Source: Candidatus Poribacteria bacterium
GTDB lineage: Bacteria; Poribacteria; WGA-4E; GCA-2687025
Length of the DNA: 64,000 nt
Assembly: GCA_963665845.2 (NCBI GenBank)
Contig: OY762492.1
Coordinates: 1,600,001 to 1,664,000, forward strand
Reading direction: 5' to 3'
In this document: in pieces, positions 19,467-28,637 of the stretch
Numbering within the stretch: the stretch's first letter is position 1
How the letters are laid out: every line of letters begins with the position of its first letter
Translations under genes and position numbers: made by a program
The notes under the pieces: model-generated
Databases searched by the model: none
The model's input: only the letters and a program-made list of their open reading frames with translations
What the model was told of the DNA's origin: nothing

Positions 19467-22094
19467 TCAATCGCCGCTCTCCAGCGCCTGATGGAGAGCG
19501 TTGACCGCCGCTTCAAGCCGTTCGCGGTCCTGAACCTTCGCGCCTGTTTCGTCCGCCACATAAAAGACGCCGACGGAGCGGTACGCCGCGGTGGAGATCT
19601 TTGCGAGCGAGATGTCGAGATCGGCGTCGGAGAGCGTTTTTGCGATGGTGTATAAAAGCCCGACCCGTTTCGCCGACCTCACATCGATGATCGTATAATC
19701 GGCGGAGTCGTCGTTGTTGAAGCGCGCCTCCGGCGGAGTATGGGCGGTGCGGTGTTTTTGGGAACCTCTTTGGCGCAGGTCTTCAATATGCTCCTCGATG
19801 TCCAGCTCGCCTCGTTGCGCCTGTTCGAACGCTGCCGCGATCTGCTCTTTGAGTCCGACCGTTTCGCCGCCTGAAAAATGCAGCGTGTCGACGGCGGTTC
19901 CGTCCGATCGGGAGTTCAAGTCCGCCGACAGAACCTCCACCCCTGTCGCTGTCAGCGCCGCCGCCAGGTCGGCGAACATGCCGATGCGGTCTTTCGCCGC
20001 AAAGACGGCGGTTGAGTACGCTTCCGATTCAGAAAAGATACGGAGAGCGCAGGACGCGCCTGCGGCGAATTCATCCACCGCCAGCGTCTGCTCCGCAATC
20101 TCCCGTATCGAATAGAACGGCATGCGCCCGCCGCCCATCCGTCGAAAATGCTCATGGACGCGCTCTTTCCACTCCTCGCCGAGCCGCTCAACGGACGCAT
20201 CAGCCAGCGCATCCAGCTGCCCCGGCAACACCAGCGCTTCTCCGCGCAGGCAGCGTTCGGTCTGCGCGTACAGCTTATGCAGCAGCGCCGCCGACCAGTC
20301 GGTCCACAGCTCCGGGTCAACGGCGCGGATGTCGCCGTAGGTGAGCAGGTACAGCATTCGCGCCCGTTTCAAGGAGCCGATCTCTTCGGTGTACCTCTCA
20401 ATGACCGCCGGGTCGTCCAGGTTGCGCCTCTGCGCCGTGTTCGACTTCAGGTGATGCTTTTCAACAAGGAACATGACATCGCTGCGCTGGACGTCTCGAA
20501 GCGGGCGCAGGCGTTCCAGGGCGCGGTTTGCCAGCGGCATTCCGCGTTCCACATGCCCCATATCGCCGGGCGCGCCTTTGCCGATGTCATGCAGGAGCAT
20601 TCCGAGCCGCAGCGACACGCGGTCGTCGGGGTTCAGCGCGGAGAGAACAGGCAGCAGCTCGCCGTCTTTCTGCGCCGTCTCGACGACGCGGTCGTCTAGA
20701 TTCGAGACGGCGGCGAGGGTGTGTACATCGGTCGTGAATTTATGGTAATGGTCGTACCGGACTAGGGAGCGCAGCCCTTCAAACTCCGGCGCTATCGCCG
20801 TCAAGACGCCGAGGTTGTGCATGTCAAGCAGGGCGTCCCCGACGCCGTTTGGAAGCGCCAGCAGCTCTAGAAAACGGTTCTGCGTTCGCAGGCATGCGCC
20901 GAACTTGGGACCGACGCGGTGCAGCGTTTCCACAATCTGCTTGCGCGAGGCGACGCTGATGGGCGTGTCCAGCTCGGCGCGCTGGTAAAACATTTCCATG
21001 ACCAGCAGGGCGGCGTCGCCCGTTTTGAGCGCCTCCTCCAGCGCGCCTTGTTCAAACCGTATGCGTTCGCGCAGGACGATGAGACCCGACGATATCTGTT
21101 TGGCGTTGATCTTGTCCATTTTGCGGCTGACCCAGGTCGGCTGCCGCCGGCTTTGCAAAATCACCATCCGGGCGCATTCGTGTATCCATCGGGCATGAAG
21201 AAAATAGTCCTGCATGAGCCGCTCTTCGGCGAGCTTCCGCCTAGAGTCCTCGTATCCGAGGGCTTTGGCGACGCGCTCCTGAAACTGAAACGACAGCACA
21301 TCGCTGCGCCGTTTGGCAATGTAATGCAGCTCGTTCCGCACGCGCCACAGAAAATCGAGCGCCGAGGTGTAATCGTCCACCGCGCTTCTGGGCAGAATGC
21401 CGCTGTGCGCGAGCGCCGGTATCTCCCATAGACCGAAACGGACGCGGGAGATCCATTTGCTGATATGCGCCTCGCGCAAGCCGCCGACCCCCTCCTTGAT
21501 ATGCGGCTCTTGGACGTACAGCGTCCGGTCAGGGTTGCCTAAATCCTCTTCCCAGTCCTCAATCCTGTTCAGAATGTACCGGTTGGCGCCCCTGCGCATC
21601 GCGCGCGTTTTGATCTCCCGTTCAAACTGCTTATACAGCTCCTGATCGCCCATGATGTAGCGCGCTTCCAGCATCGCCGTCCGCGACTCGCCGTCCTCCG
21701 CCGCCGCCTGCCGGCACTCTGGAATCGTCCGCGCCACATTTCCGACATCGAATCCGACATCCCACAGATCGGTGACGATGCGCTTGGCGGTCGCCTCAAT
21801 GGCGGTTCTAGGGCAGTCGTATAAAATCAGCACGTCGATGTCGGAGTGCGGGTTCAGTTCCTCGCGCCCGTACCCGCCGAGAGCCACCATGGTCAGCGCC
21901 GTGTCTTTCGCAAGGATGTTGTCTTCGACGCATGAGCGCACAAGTTGACGGATGACCGTGTCGGCGAGGCGGGTATGCTCCTGCATGATCTCTCGACCGG
22001 AGACGTATCCTCCGCCGGACTGGTGCCGGTGCCGAGAGGCGATGCGTTCCCATTCCGATTCAATATATTTCTTGATGGTTTCTACGCGCGTCAT
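19467..22094 (-). CDS. glnD: [Protein-PII] uridylyltransferase
   Basis: ALGGYGREELNPHSDID, EPHIKEGVGGLR, HD domain LLHDIGKG, two ACT domains. Confidence 0.95.
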   Translation of the reverse strand: MTRVETIKKYIESEWERIASRHRHQSGGGYVSGREIMQEHTRLADTVIRQLVRSCVEDNILAKDTALTMVALGGYGREELNPHSDIDVLILYDCPRTAIEATAKRIVTDLWDVGFDVGNVARTIPECRQAAAEDGESRTAMLEARYIMGDQELYKQFEREIKTRAMRRGANRYILNRIEDWEEDLGNPDRTLYVQEPHIKEGVGGLREAHISKWISRVRFGLWEIPALAHSGILPRSAVDDYTSALDFLWRVRNELHYIAKRRSDVLSFQFQERVAKALGYEDSRRKLAEERLMQDYFLHARWIHECARMVILQSRRQPTWVSRKMDKINAKQISSGLIVLRERIRFEQGALEEALKTGDAALLVMEMFYQRAELDTPISVASRKQIVETLHRVGPKFGACLRTQNRFLELLALPNGVGDALLDMHNLGVLTAIAPEFEGLRSLVRYDHYHKFTTDVHTLAAVSNLDDRVVETAQKDGELLPVLSALNPDDRVSLRLGMLLHDIGKGAPGDMGHVERGMPLANRALERLRPLRDVQRSDVMFLVEKHHLKSNTAQRRNLDDPAVIERYTEEIGSLKRARMLYLLTYGDIRAVDPELWTDWSAALLHKLYAQTERCLRGEALVLPGQLDALADASVERLGEEWKERVHEHFRRMGGGRMPFYSIREIAEQTLAVDEFAAGASCALRIFSESEAYSTAVFAAKDRIGMFADLAAALTATGVEVLSADLNSRSDGTAVDTLHFSGGETVGLKEQIAAAFEQAQRGELDIEEHIEDLRQRGSQKHRTAHTPPEARFNNDDSADYTIIDVRSAKRVGLLYTIAKTLSDADLDISLAKISTAAYRSVGVFYVADETGAKVQDRERLEAAVNALHQALESGD

Positions 22095-23842
22095 GGGTCG
22101 GCTCCCAGTTCTCGTTCCGCTTTTCGGATTTTTTCGTCCAGCTCAAGCGCTTTCTTGTGGTCTCCCAGGGCGATGGCGACCCGCTTCATCAGCTTTGCCG
22201 CTTCGATCAGACGGTCTTGGTCTAACCGAAGGGACGCGAGAGCCAACAGCGTTTCAGGATGCTCCGGGTCGGTCGACAGGGCGCGTTGAAACGCCGCCTC
22301 CGCCTCCTCTATTTTGTTTAAGTACAGGTTGGCGGTTCCCTGCAGGTAGACCAGGTTCTTGTTTTCAGGCTCCGCCTTCAGCCCTTTTGAAACGCGGTCT
22401 TGGGCATGATCAATCAGGCGCGAGCGGCGCTCGGACAGTTTCTCCCGCTTTTCCGATTCCTCTTCAGGCAGCTGCTCAATTTCAAGCTGGGCGTTCTCCG
22501 CTTCTCTCAAGTATATTCTGGAGACCGCCTCGGCCGCCTCCGCCTTCGTCGGCAGATAGGCGCCTCGAAACAGAATCAGCGCCAGCAACAGCAGCGGAGC
22601 CGCCGCCGTCACCGCCTTCGACACCCAGAGCGTCTTCGCGTAAGACGCCGCGGACGGATCGTTTTCAGCCGCCCGAATCGCAAACTCGATACGTTCCGTA
22701 ATGGGCGGATGCGTCCGAAGAAAACGCGGCAGGCGCCAAAAGCGTCCGCCTGAAGAGAGGCTCGCGTTATGCAGCTTCGCCAAAGCGCGCGGGTACGCGG
22801 ACGGGTCGGACGCATTCACCGCGGCGAACTGATCCGCCTGCCGTTCAAACTGGCGCGACACGAAGCCGAGCAGCAGCGCAAAGTATGAAAAAAAGACCGC
22901 CGCGCCCGTTATCGTGATGCCGAGGCGCGTGTCCTTTAAAAAGTCCGGCATATACGGAGACATCCCCGCAAAGAACAGCAGCGCGACGGCGACGTAACAC
23001 AACGAAAAGAGCAGATACAACCGCAGATGCCCGCGCTGGATATGCCCGATCTCATGCGCGGCGACCGCCTCCGCCTCATCCGCGTCCAGCATGTTGAGCA
23101 GCCCTTCCGACATAAAGATTTCCTGCCGGCGCGGAAGCAGTCCAGCGGCGGCGGCGTTGCAAAAGCGCGGTCCCGCATGCCAGACCGTGACGCCTCGAAA
23201 AGAGAGGTTGTGCCGGTCGGCGACGGCGCGGATTCTCTCCGCCAACTCCCCCTCTTCCAGGGGAGAGGAGCGCCACATGCGGCGCAGCAGCGACGGCGCC
23301 AACGCATATGAGAAGCACAAAAACGCCAGCAAGACCGCGCCATAAAGCCATGGGCGTTCAAAGAATGCCGCTTTGATCTGAAACGGGGCAAACGCAAACA
23401 GATCGGTCAAAACAAGATAGCCCAGGATTGGAACGACCGGCAAGACCTGAAATTTGAGCCGTCTCGTCCATTCTTGAAAGCGGAACGGTCCGGCGGCCGC
23501 ATCGATGAGCAGCATGCCGAGAGCGAGCGGCAGGAACGCCGCCGTCAAGCGGACGGCCGGCAGCGGGAGCCATCCCATCGCCGCGTCGGTCAGCGCCGGG
23601 AGATGCCCTAAAAGCGTGTGGATCAGAAAAAAGATGTAGGCGAGCAGCTTGGCGCCCGCAGCGGTTTCGCGTACGTACTTAAAGGAGAACGCGCGCGCCG
23701 CTAGAGGCATCCCCGCCGGCGCCCACAAGCAGCACAGTATGCTGAACGCTTCCATTCGAATGTTCGCGGGAAGCGGCGCGACCCGCTCAACCGAAAGCAG
23801 CGCGATCAATCCAAAAATCAACGGCGCGCTCATAAAATACAT
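22091..23842 (-). CDS. M48 (Ste24/HtpX) zinc metalloprotease with C-terminal TPRs
   Basis: Multiple TMs; AHEIGH, ERQAD, THP; TPR helices. Confidence 0.88.
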   Translation of the reverse strand: MYFMSAPLIFGLIALLSVERVAPLPANIRMEAFSILCCLWAPAGMPLAARAFSFKYVRETAAGAKLLAYIFFLIHTLLGHLPALTDAAMGWLPLPAVRLTAAFLPLALGMLLIDAAAGPFRFQEWTRRLKFQVLPVVPILGYLVLTDLFAFAPFQIKAAFFERPWLYGAVLLAFLCFSYALAPSLLRRMWRSSPLEEGELAERIRAVADRHNLSFRGVTVWHAGPRFCNAAAAGLLPRRQEIFMSEGLLNMLDADEAEAVAAHEIGHIQRGHLRLYLLFSLCYVAVALLFFAGMSPYMPDFLKDTRLGITITGAAVFFSYFALLLGFVSRQFERQADQFAAVNASDPSAYPRALAKLHNASLSSGGRFWRLPRFLRTHPPITERIEFAIRAAENDPSAASYAKTLWVSKAVTAAAPLLLLALILFRGAYLPTKAEAAEAVSRIYLREAENAQLEIEQLPEEESEKREKLSERRSRLIDHAQDRVSKGLKAEPENKNLVYLQGTANLYLNKIEEAEAAFQRALSTDPEHPETLLALASLRLDQDRLIEAAKLMKRVAIALGDHKKALELDEKIRKAERELGADP

Positions 23843-23961
23843 ACGCGCTCACCCAAGCCTGACATGCCGATACAAGTTTAGTATGGCATATTATAGGCGT
23901 ATGGGCAAGCGCTGCGCCGATGGGCGTTCCTTGTAAAACGCGGTTTGGGAAGGTCAAGACG

Positions 23962-25545
23962 ATGAAAACAATGCAACGCTCATCACGCCGCAGGGCGCGC
24001 CTCGCGCTGCTTGCCGGCGCTGTGTTGATCGCGGCGCTGGCAGTTGCTGCGGCGCTCTTCTTCCGCGCGGGCGATCCGGCGCCTGCAGAGAAGAACGGCG
24101 CGCATGAAGCTCCTGTCAGCGCGGAGAGCGGCGCCAAGATCGAACAAACAACCGCCGCCCCCGACCAGGAAGATCAGGAAGCTCCCGTCGGCGCGGAGAG
24201 CGGCGCCAAGATCGAACAAACAACCGCCGCCCCCGACACAACAGAGGAACCCGCCCAGGAGGATCCGACCGATCTGAATCCTCGCCTTGAGCGGATTCTG
24301 AGCGGAATATACGCCGCTCTAGGAAACGAAACAAATCCTGAGGGCCGCGAATGGCTTGAGCAGATCGGGTCCAATATGATTGCTGAAGGACTGGGCGACG
24401 ACGAAATAAGCCGCCGCCTCTCCACTAGGCTCCTTTCCATGAGAGGGATCTCCCCGAAGAAACAATACTCAGAAAAGAAGATCCGCATCCGCCAGTACTT
24501 GAGCGATCGCTACGGAACTCGTAACCTTCACGGCAAGACGACGCCGCGCGCTGTGATAGAGATCTTGGTGGAAGGGATGGACGACCTGACCGCCGCCAAG
24601 TATCTGTACGACGCAGGCAGGGGAGAAGTTTATCCAGAAGCGGCGGGCGAACGATGGATTCGAAGGGAAAGAGAGTACGCCGGCGAATACGCCGACCGCG
24701 CTCTAGCGAAGGACCCAACCTTGCGCGATGCGCTGCTGTTAAAAGCCTCTGCAAATATAGACGCGGTCGAATCGGCGCGGCTTCTGATTGAACACCATCC
24801 GGATGACGAAAGAGCGGTCGTCGCTGCTGCGGACGATCTGTTTCTCAATTATCCTGAGGAGACGGTTGCCGCAATCACACGCATTCTGCCGGAGGATGGT
24901 CTGCATCCCAATTCGAGTTTCCATACGCTTCTCGGCAACGCCTATGAGCGGCTGGACATGCTGTATGAAGCGGCTGATCAGTTTCAAAAAGCTTATGCTG
25001 CCGGCGATACTAAGTTCGGCCGCTGGCGATATGACTTGTTGGAGGAAGGAGGTCGCGGATTTCCGTCCATCTGGGAAGAGCGGGCGGCTGGCGTTGAGGC
25101 TTCTTTTCCTGCGCTGTATGAAGAAGGCGCTCAAAAGATCAAGTCCCCGAAGCAATCGCTAGATCCGCCGGACGCCCCGCGCGGCGTAGAACCATCCCCT
25201 CCGGAGGCTCCGCGCGGCGTGGAGCCTCCGCCCCCGCCGCCGAACACGGAGATGGACATGGCCGCGGCATACGCCGATTTTGCGAAGGCGTACCAGGATG
25301 TGTTTGAGATGGAGTACGGTCTCTCCGAGGCGACGCCCGAAGGCTACATGAACGCGCTGCTCGGCATGGCGCGCGCCTTCGCCAAAGCGGGCGACGCCCA
25401 GCATGCCCAGGACGCCTACAACGCCGTCCGCAAACGCCATTCGCGCGAGGAGGTTGAGCGGGTCTTCCGCCGCTTCGATGAGCAGGAGCGTCTGAAACGG
25501 CAGCCGCCGAGCGGCGGGGACGAGGACGACAGCGAGGACGATTGA
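23962..25545 (+). CDS. Hypothetical membrane-anchored TPR-like protein with internal duplications
   Basis: N-terminal TM; 72-bp tandem duplication (EAPV.AESGAKIEQTTAAPD x2); LLGNAYERL..A..QFQKA TPR; start uncertain. Confidence 0.65.
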   Translation: MKTMQRSSRRRARLALLAGAVLIAALAVAAALFFRAGDPAPAEKNGAHEAPVSAESGAKIEQTTAAPDQEDQEAPVGAESGAKIEQTTAAPDTTEEPAQEDPTDLNPRLERILSGIYAALGNETNPEGREWLEQIGSNMIAEGLGDDEISRRLSTRLLSMRGISPKKQYSEKKIRIRQYLSDRYGTRNLHGKTTPRAVIEILVEGMDDLTAAKYLYDAGRGEVYPEAAGERWIRREREYAGEYADRALAKDPTLRDALLLKASANIDAVESARLLIEHHPDDERAVVAAADDLFLNYPEETVAAITRILPEDGLHPNSSFHTLLGNAYERLDMLYEAADQFQKAYAAGDTKFGRWRYDLLEEGGRGFPSIWEERAAGVEASFPALYEEGAQKIKSPKQSLDPPDAPRGVEPSPPEAPRGVEPPPPPPNTEMDMAAAYADFAKAYQDVFEMEYGLSEATPEGYMNALLGMARAFAKAGDAQHAQDAYNAVRKRHSREEVERVFRRFDEQERLKRQPPSGGDEDDSEDD

Positions 25546-25577
25546 CCCGTTTTTCGGCTGAATCGTCAAAAAAGGGG

Positions 25578-25606
25578 TTGCGTTCCGAAACGCGCTGTTG
25601 TATGCT
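25578..25606 (+). promoter_or_regulatory. Sigma70-like promoter
   Basis: TTGCGT-17 bp-TATGCT with an extended -10 TG. Confidence 0.6.
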
Positions 25607-25646
25607 GTTCAACAGAAACGCAATGAAGCGGAAAGGAGACGCGCCT

Positions 25647-25769
25647 ATGATTGTGATTCCGCTCCGAGTCGGCGCCCACCAGCGCGGCGCCGTCCATACG
25701 CGCGATCCATGTCCGCCGTTCCGAATCAACGCGCCGCTTTGGGAATGCGCAAGCCTTCCCTGCTGCTAA
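25647..25769 (+). CDS. Putative 40-aa small peptide MIVIPLRVGAHQRGAVHTRDPCPPFRINAPLWECASLPCC
   Basis: Strong RBS AAAGGAG upstream of the ATG; promoter upstream and terminator-like hairpin downstream. Confidence 0.4.
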   Translation: MIVIPLRVGAHQRGAVHTRDPCPPFRINAPLWECASLPCC

Positions 25770-25912
25770 AACACAGCGCCCGATCAGAGATACGCTTCTG
25801 AGGGCGCGCGTCTAAGACAAACGGCAGCGCCAGCGGCGGCGGAACGCGGCGGCGCCTCGCAAATCGCCGGCTCGGAGCTGTTTGGCTGCGGAAAATCGCG
25901 CATCATTGTGAT

Positions 25913-25949
25913 CAAAGGAGCCGTCCGGCGCGACCGGGCGGCTCCTTTG
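25913..25949. terminator. Stem-loop between convergent units (likely terminator)
   Basis: CAAAGGAGCCGTCCGG-cgcga-CCGGGCGGCTCCTTTG. Confidence 0.7.
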
Positions 25950-25962
25950 CGTTAAAGCGGCT

Positions 25963-26195
25963 GCGCGTTGATCCGCCAGTCATGCGGCTTGTAACGCATC
26001 TTCTAGACTCCCCCCCTTTGTAACGCATCTATTAGACTCCCCCCTTTGTAAGGGGGGCAGGGGGGGTTTCGACTCGCGCGTTGATCCGCCAGTCATGCGG
26101 CTTGTAACGCATCTTTTAGACTCCCCCCTTTGTAAGGGGGGGCAGGGGGGTTTCGGCTCGCGCGTTGATCCGCCAGTCATGCGGCTTGTAACGCA
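25963..26195. repeat. Three identical 36-bp direct repeats (gene 3' end) separated by family-B variants
   Basis: GCGCGTTGATCCGCCAGTCATGCGGCTTGTAACGCA at 25963, 26076 and 26160. Confidence 0.9.
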
Positions 26196-26796
26196 GGCGA
26201 ATGTCAAACAGCCGCTCTCTCAAAAAGCGCTGGTCGGCGCCGTCCTCAAGGCGCGGAATGATGAACCGCACCATGTCCACGCGCGAGACAGCAAAGGCGC
26301 GGAACCGCCGCCGCATGAGCCGCGGAACGGTCAGAACCGCCGCCTCGGCGTCCAAATGCGTTTCGCGCTGTAAAAAGGCGCGCGCCGACGCTTCCAGCTG
26401 CGCGTCCAGCCCTTCAGACAAATAGACGCGCGCTGTCGGACCTGACCTGGACCCGTCCGACAGGGCGAAATAAAGGCGCGGCTCCTTCCGCCCCGTTTTT
26501 TTAACGCCGCGAAACAGCCGCCGCGCGCGCTTCCGGACGCCTTTCGGCGACAGATCCGCCCCCGTTTTCAACGCCCCAAGCAGCGCCGCCAAGTTGCGCA
26601 TGTTGATCCAGTCGGCGCGGTCATGGTCATCGTCATTGTCGGGGTCGGGCGGACGGCGCCGCGCCTCCTCCAGCGCCGATTCGATGGCGCGCCGCCCGCC
26701 CGCTTGACGTATCGACTCGTAGTCGACTCCGCTGTCGGCGATCCATCCCGCCTCAATAAAACGTCTTAGCGGTTCGATCAAGTAGGCGCGTTCCAT
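26116..26796 (-). CDS. DUF547-like protein (divergent)
   Basis: GVDYES, WINMRN, EPRLYFAL...SGP, LDAQLEASARAFL and HDWRIN resemble DUF547 motifs. Confidence 0.6.
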   Translation of the reverse strand: MERAYLIEPLRRFIEAGWIADSGVDYESIRQAGGRRAIESALEEARRRPPDPDNDDDHDRADWINMRNLAALLGALKTGADLSPKGVRKRARRLFRGVKKTGRKEPRLYFALSDGSRSGPTARVYLSEGLDAQLEASARAFLQRETHLDAEAAVLTVPRLMRRRFRAFAVSRVDMVRFIIPRLEDGADQRFLRERLFDIRLRYKPHDWRINARAETPLPPLTKGGV

Positions 26797-26828
26797 GTGA
26801 ACAGGATACGGGCAAACGGCGCCGCGCG

Positions 26829-27659
26829 CTAGATTCCGATCCAGCAGCCGACGCAATCGGCGCCTGAACAGGAGGGGCGCGGCATCGCCGCCGTTAGCGA
26901 AACGCGCGGCATGACCCACGGGTAGCCGTTCGGATGCTGCAGCACTTCAAACGGTATGTCGTACACCTCTGTCAGCGACGCTTCGGTCAGCGCGTATTCG
27001 GGCGGGCCGACATCCACAACGCGGCCCTCTTTCATCACAACGAGCATGTCGGCGAACATGGCGGCAAGGTTCAGGTCATGGATCGCCGCGACGATCGTCT
27101 TCCCCTGCATGGCGAGCTTTTTGCAGAGGCTTAGGATGAGCGTTTGATGGCGCAGATCGAGATGGTTGGCAGGTTCGTCCAGCAGGAACAGCTCCGGCGT
27201 TTGCGCCAAGACGCGGGCGATGTCGACGCGGCTCGCTTCGCCGCCGGAAAGGGTTGTATAGAGCCGCTGCGCAAAAGGTTCCGCTTCCACCTGCCGCAGC
27301 GCGTCGTTGGCGGTTTCAATATCCGCCGCGGTCTCTTTGGCTCCGTTCAGATGGGGGGCGCGTCCAAAAAGCGCGATTTCAAGGCTGGTGAACGGAAAGC
27401 TGATGTCGCGCTTCTGCTGTAGATAGGCGCGGAGCCTTGCCAGCTCTTTGGGCGGATAGGCATGAACAGGTTTGCCGCCCAGCTGCGCTTCTCCTTCGGT
27501 CGGGGCGAGTTCGCCGGACATCAATCTTAGCAGCGTTGTTTTGCCGGCGCCGTTGGGACCGACCAAAGCCCAGAACGCGCCTGGGTTGATGTTGAGATTT
27601 ACGCCGCGCGCGAGCCAGTTCTTGCCGACGCGGTAGCCGATATTGTCAAGAGTTATCAT
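26829..27659 (-). CDS. hmuV: Heme ABC transporter ATP-binding protein
   Basis: GPNGAGKTT, LSGGE, LLDEP, HDLNLAA; operon context. Confidence 0.9.
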   Translation of the reverse strand: MITLDNIGYRVGKNWLARGVNLNINPGAFWALVGPNGAGKTTLLRLMSGELAPTEGEAQLGGKPVHAYPPKELARLRAYLQQKRDISFPFTSLEIALFGRAPHLNGAKETAADIETANDALRQVEAEPFAQRLYTTLSGGEASRVDIARVLAQTPELFLLDEPANHLDLRHQTLILSLCKKLAMQGKTIVAAIHDLNLAAMFADMLVVMKEGRVVDVGPPEYALTEASLTEVYDIPFEVLQHPNGYPWVMPRVSLTAAMPRPSCSGADCVGCWIGI

Positions 27660-28560
27660 ACGGGGTTCCTGCGATGAGCGTTCGTTTGTAGCGAATCAAC
27701 AGCCATAGAAAGAAGGGGCCGCCGAAAAGGGAGGTTACAACCCCGACCGGCAATTCGGCGGGAAGTACAACCGTGCGCGAAGCAAGGTCGGCAAGCACAA
27801 GCAGCGAGGCGCCTCCAAGGGCGGAGCCGGGCAGAACATACCGGTGATCGGCTCCGCCGAGCAGCCGCAGCAGATGAGGAACCACGAGGCCGACGAACCC
27901 GATTCCGCCCGCTATCGAGACCGCCGCCCCGACCGACAGCGCCGCTCCCACCATGGCGCGCCGCTTCAAGGACTCCACGTGAACGCCGAGATGGTAGGCG
28001 TCCGATTCGCCGAGGGCGAAGGCGTTCAGTTGAGGCGCGAGCCGAAGCAGCATGAAAAGTCCGACCGCGGCAGCCGGCAGGGCGACCAGCGCCGCTGTCC
28101 ATGTGGCGCCGCCGAATCCGCCGAGCAGCCAGAACGTGAGGCTGCGCAGCTGTTCGTCGTCCGCGAGAAAGGTCATCAGTCCGATGCCGGCGCCGGCGAC
28201 GCTGTTGAGCGCGATGCCGGCGAGCAGCAAGGTCATGATGTGGGATTGCCCTTCCGTTTCAGCCGCTTTCCAAACGGCGGCGACAACCGCCATTCCGCAC
28301 ACGAAGGCGGCGGCGGGCGTCCCCCAAATTTCCAGAGCGCCGCTTCCAATGAGAACGATCCAGAGCGCCGCGCCAAACCCCGCCCCGGCGGTGACGCCGA
28401 TCAGTCCAGGATCGGCGAGCGGGTTGCGGAAGACGCCCTGCATCGCCGTTCCTGAAACCGCCAGCAAAGCGCCCACAACGGCGGCTAAAACGACGCGCGG
28501 GAAACGCACATAGACGAGAGCGGCGTACCCGTCCCCTTGATACAGCAGCGCCTGCAGCAT
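27646..28560 (-). CDS. hmuU: Heme ABC transporter permease (FecCD family); true start probably ~28670
   Basis: RFPRV, QGVFRNPLADPG, GFVGLVVPH, ELPVG, GGPFFLWLL. The frame stays open upstream and encodes TM1. Confidence 0.9.
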   Translation of the reverse strand: MLQALLYQGDGYAALVYVRFPRVVLAAVVGALLAVSGTAMQGVFRNPLADPGLIGVTAGAGFGAALWIVLIGSGALEIWGTPAAAFVCGMAVVAAVWKAAETEGQSHIMTLLLAGIALNSVAGAGIGLMTFLADDEQLRSLTFWLLGGFGGATWTAALVALPAAAVGLFMLLRLAPQLNAFALGESDAYHLGVHVESLKRRAMVGAALSVGAAVSIAGGIGFVGLVVPHLLRLLGGADHRYVLPGSALGGASLLVLADLASRTVVLPAELPVGVVTSLFGGPFFLWLLIRYKRTLIAGTPYDNS

Positions 28561-28637
28561 TTTCCAGGGCGGAATCGGGTATCCGCCGACGCCTGCTGCC
28601 GTAATCAGAGACGCCGGCAGCAGACAGGCAAGCAGCG

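Noticed and set aside
25963-26195. CRISPR-like array of three 36-bp repeats
   Set aside because: The spacers (77 and 48 bp) are related to each other and to repeat B, the repeat is the 3' end of a CDS, and there are no cas genes.
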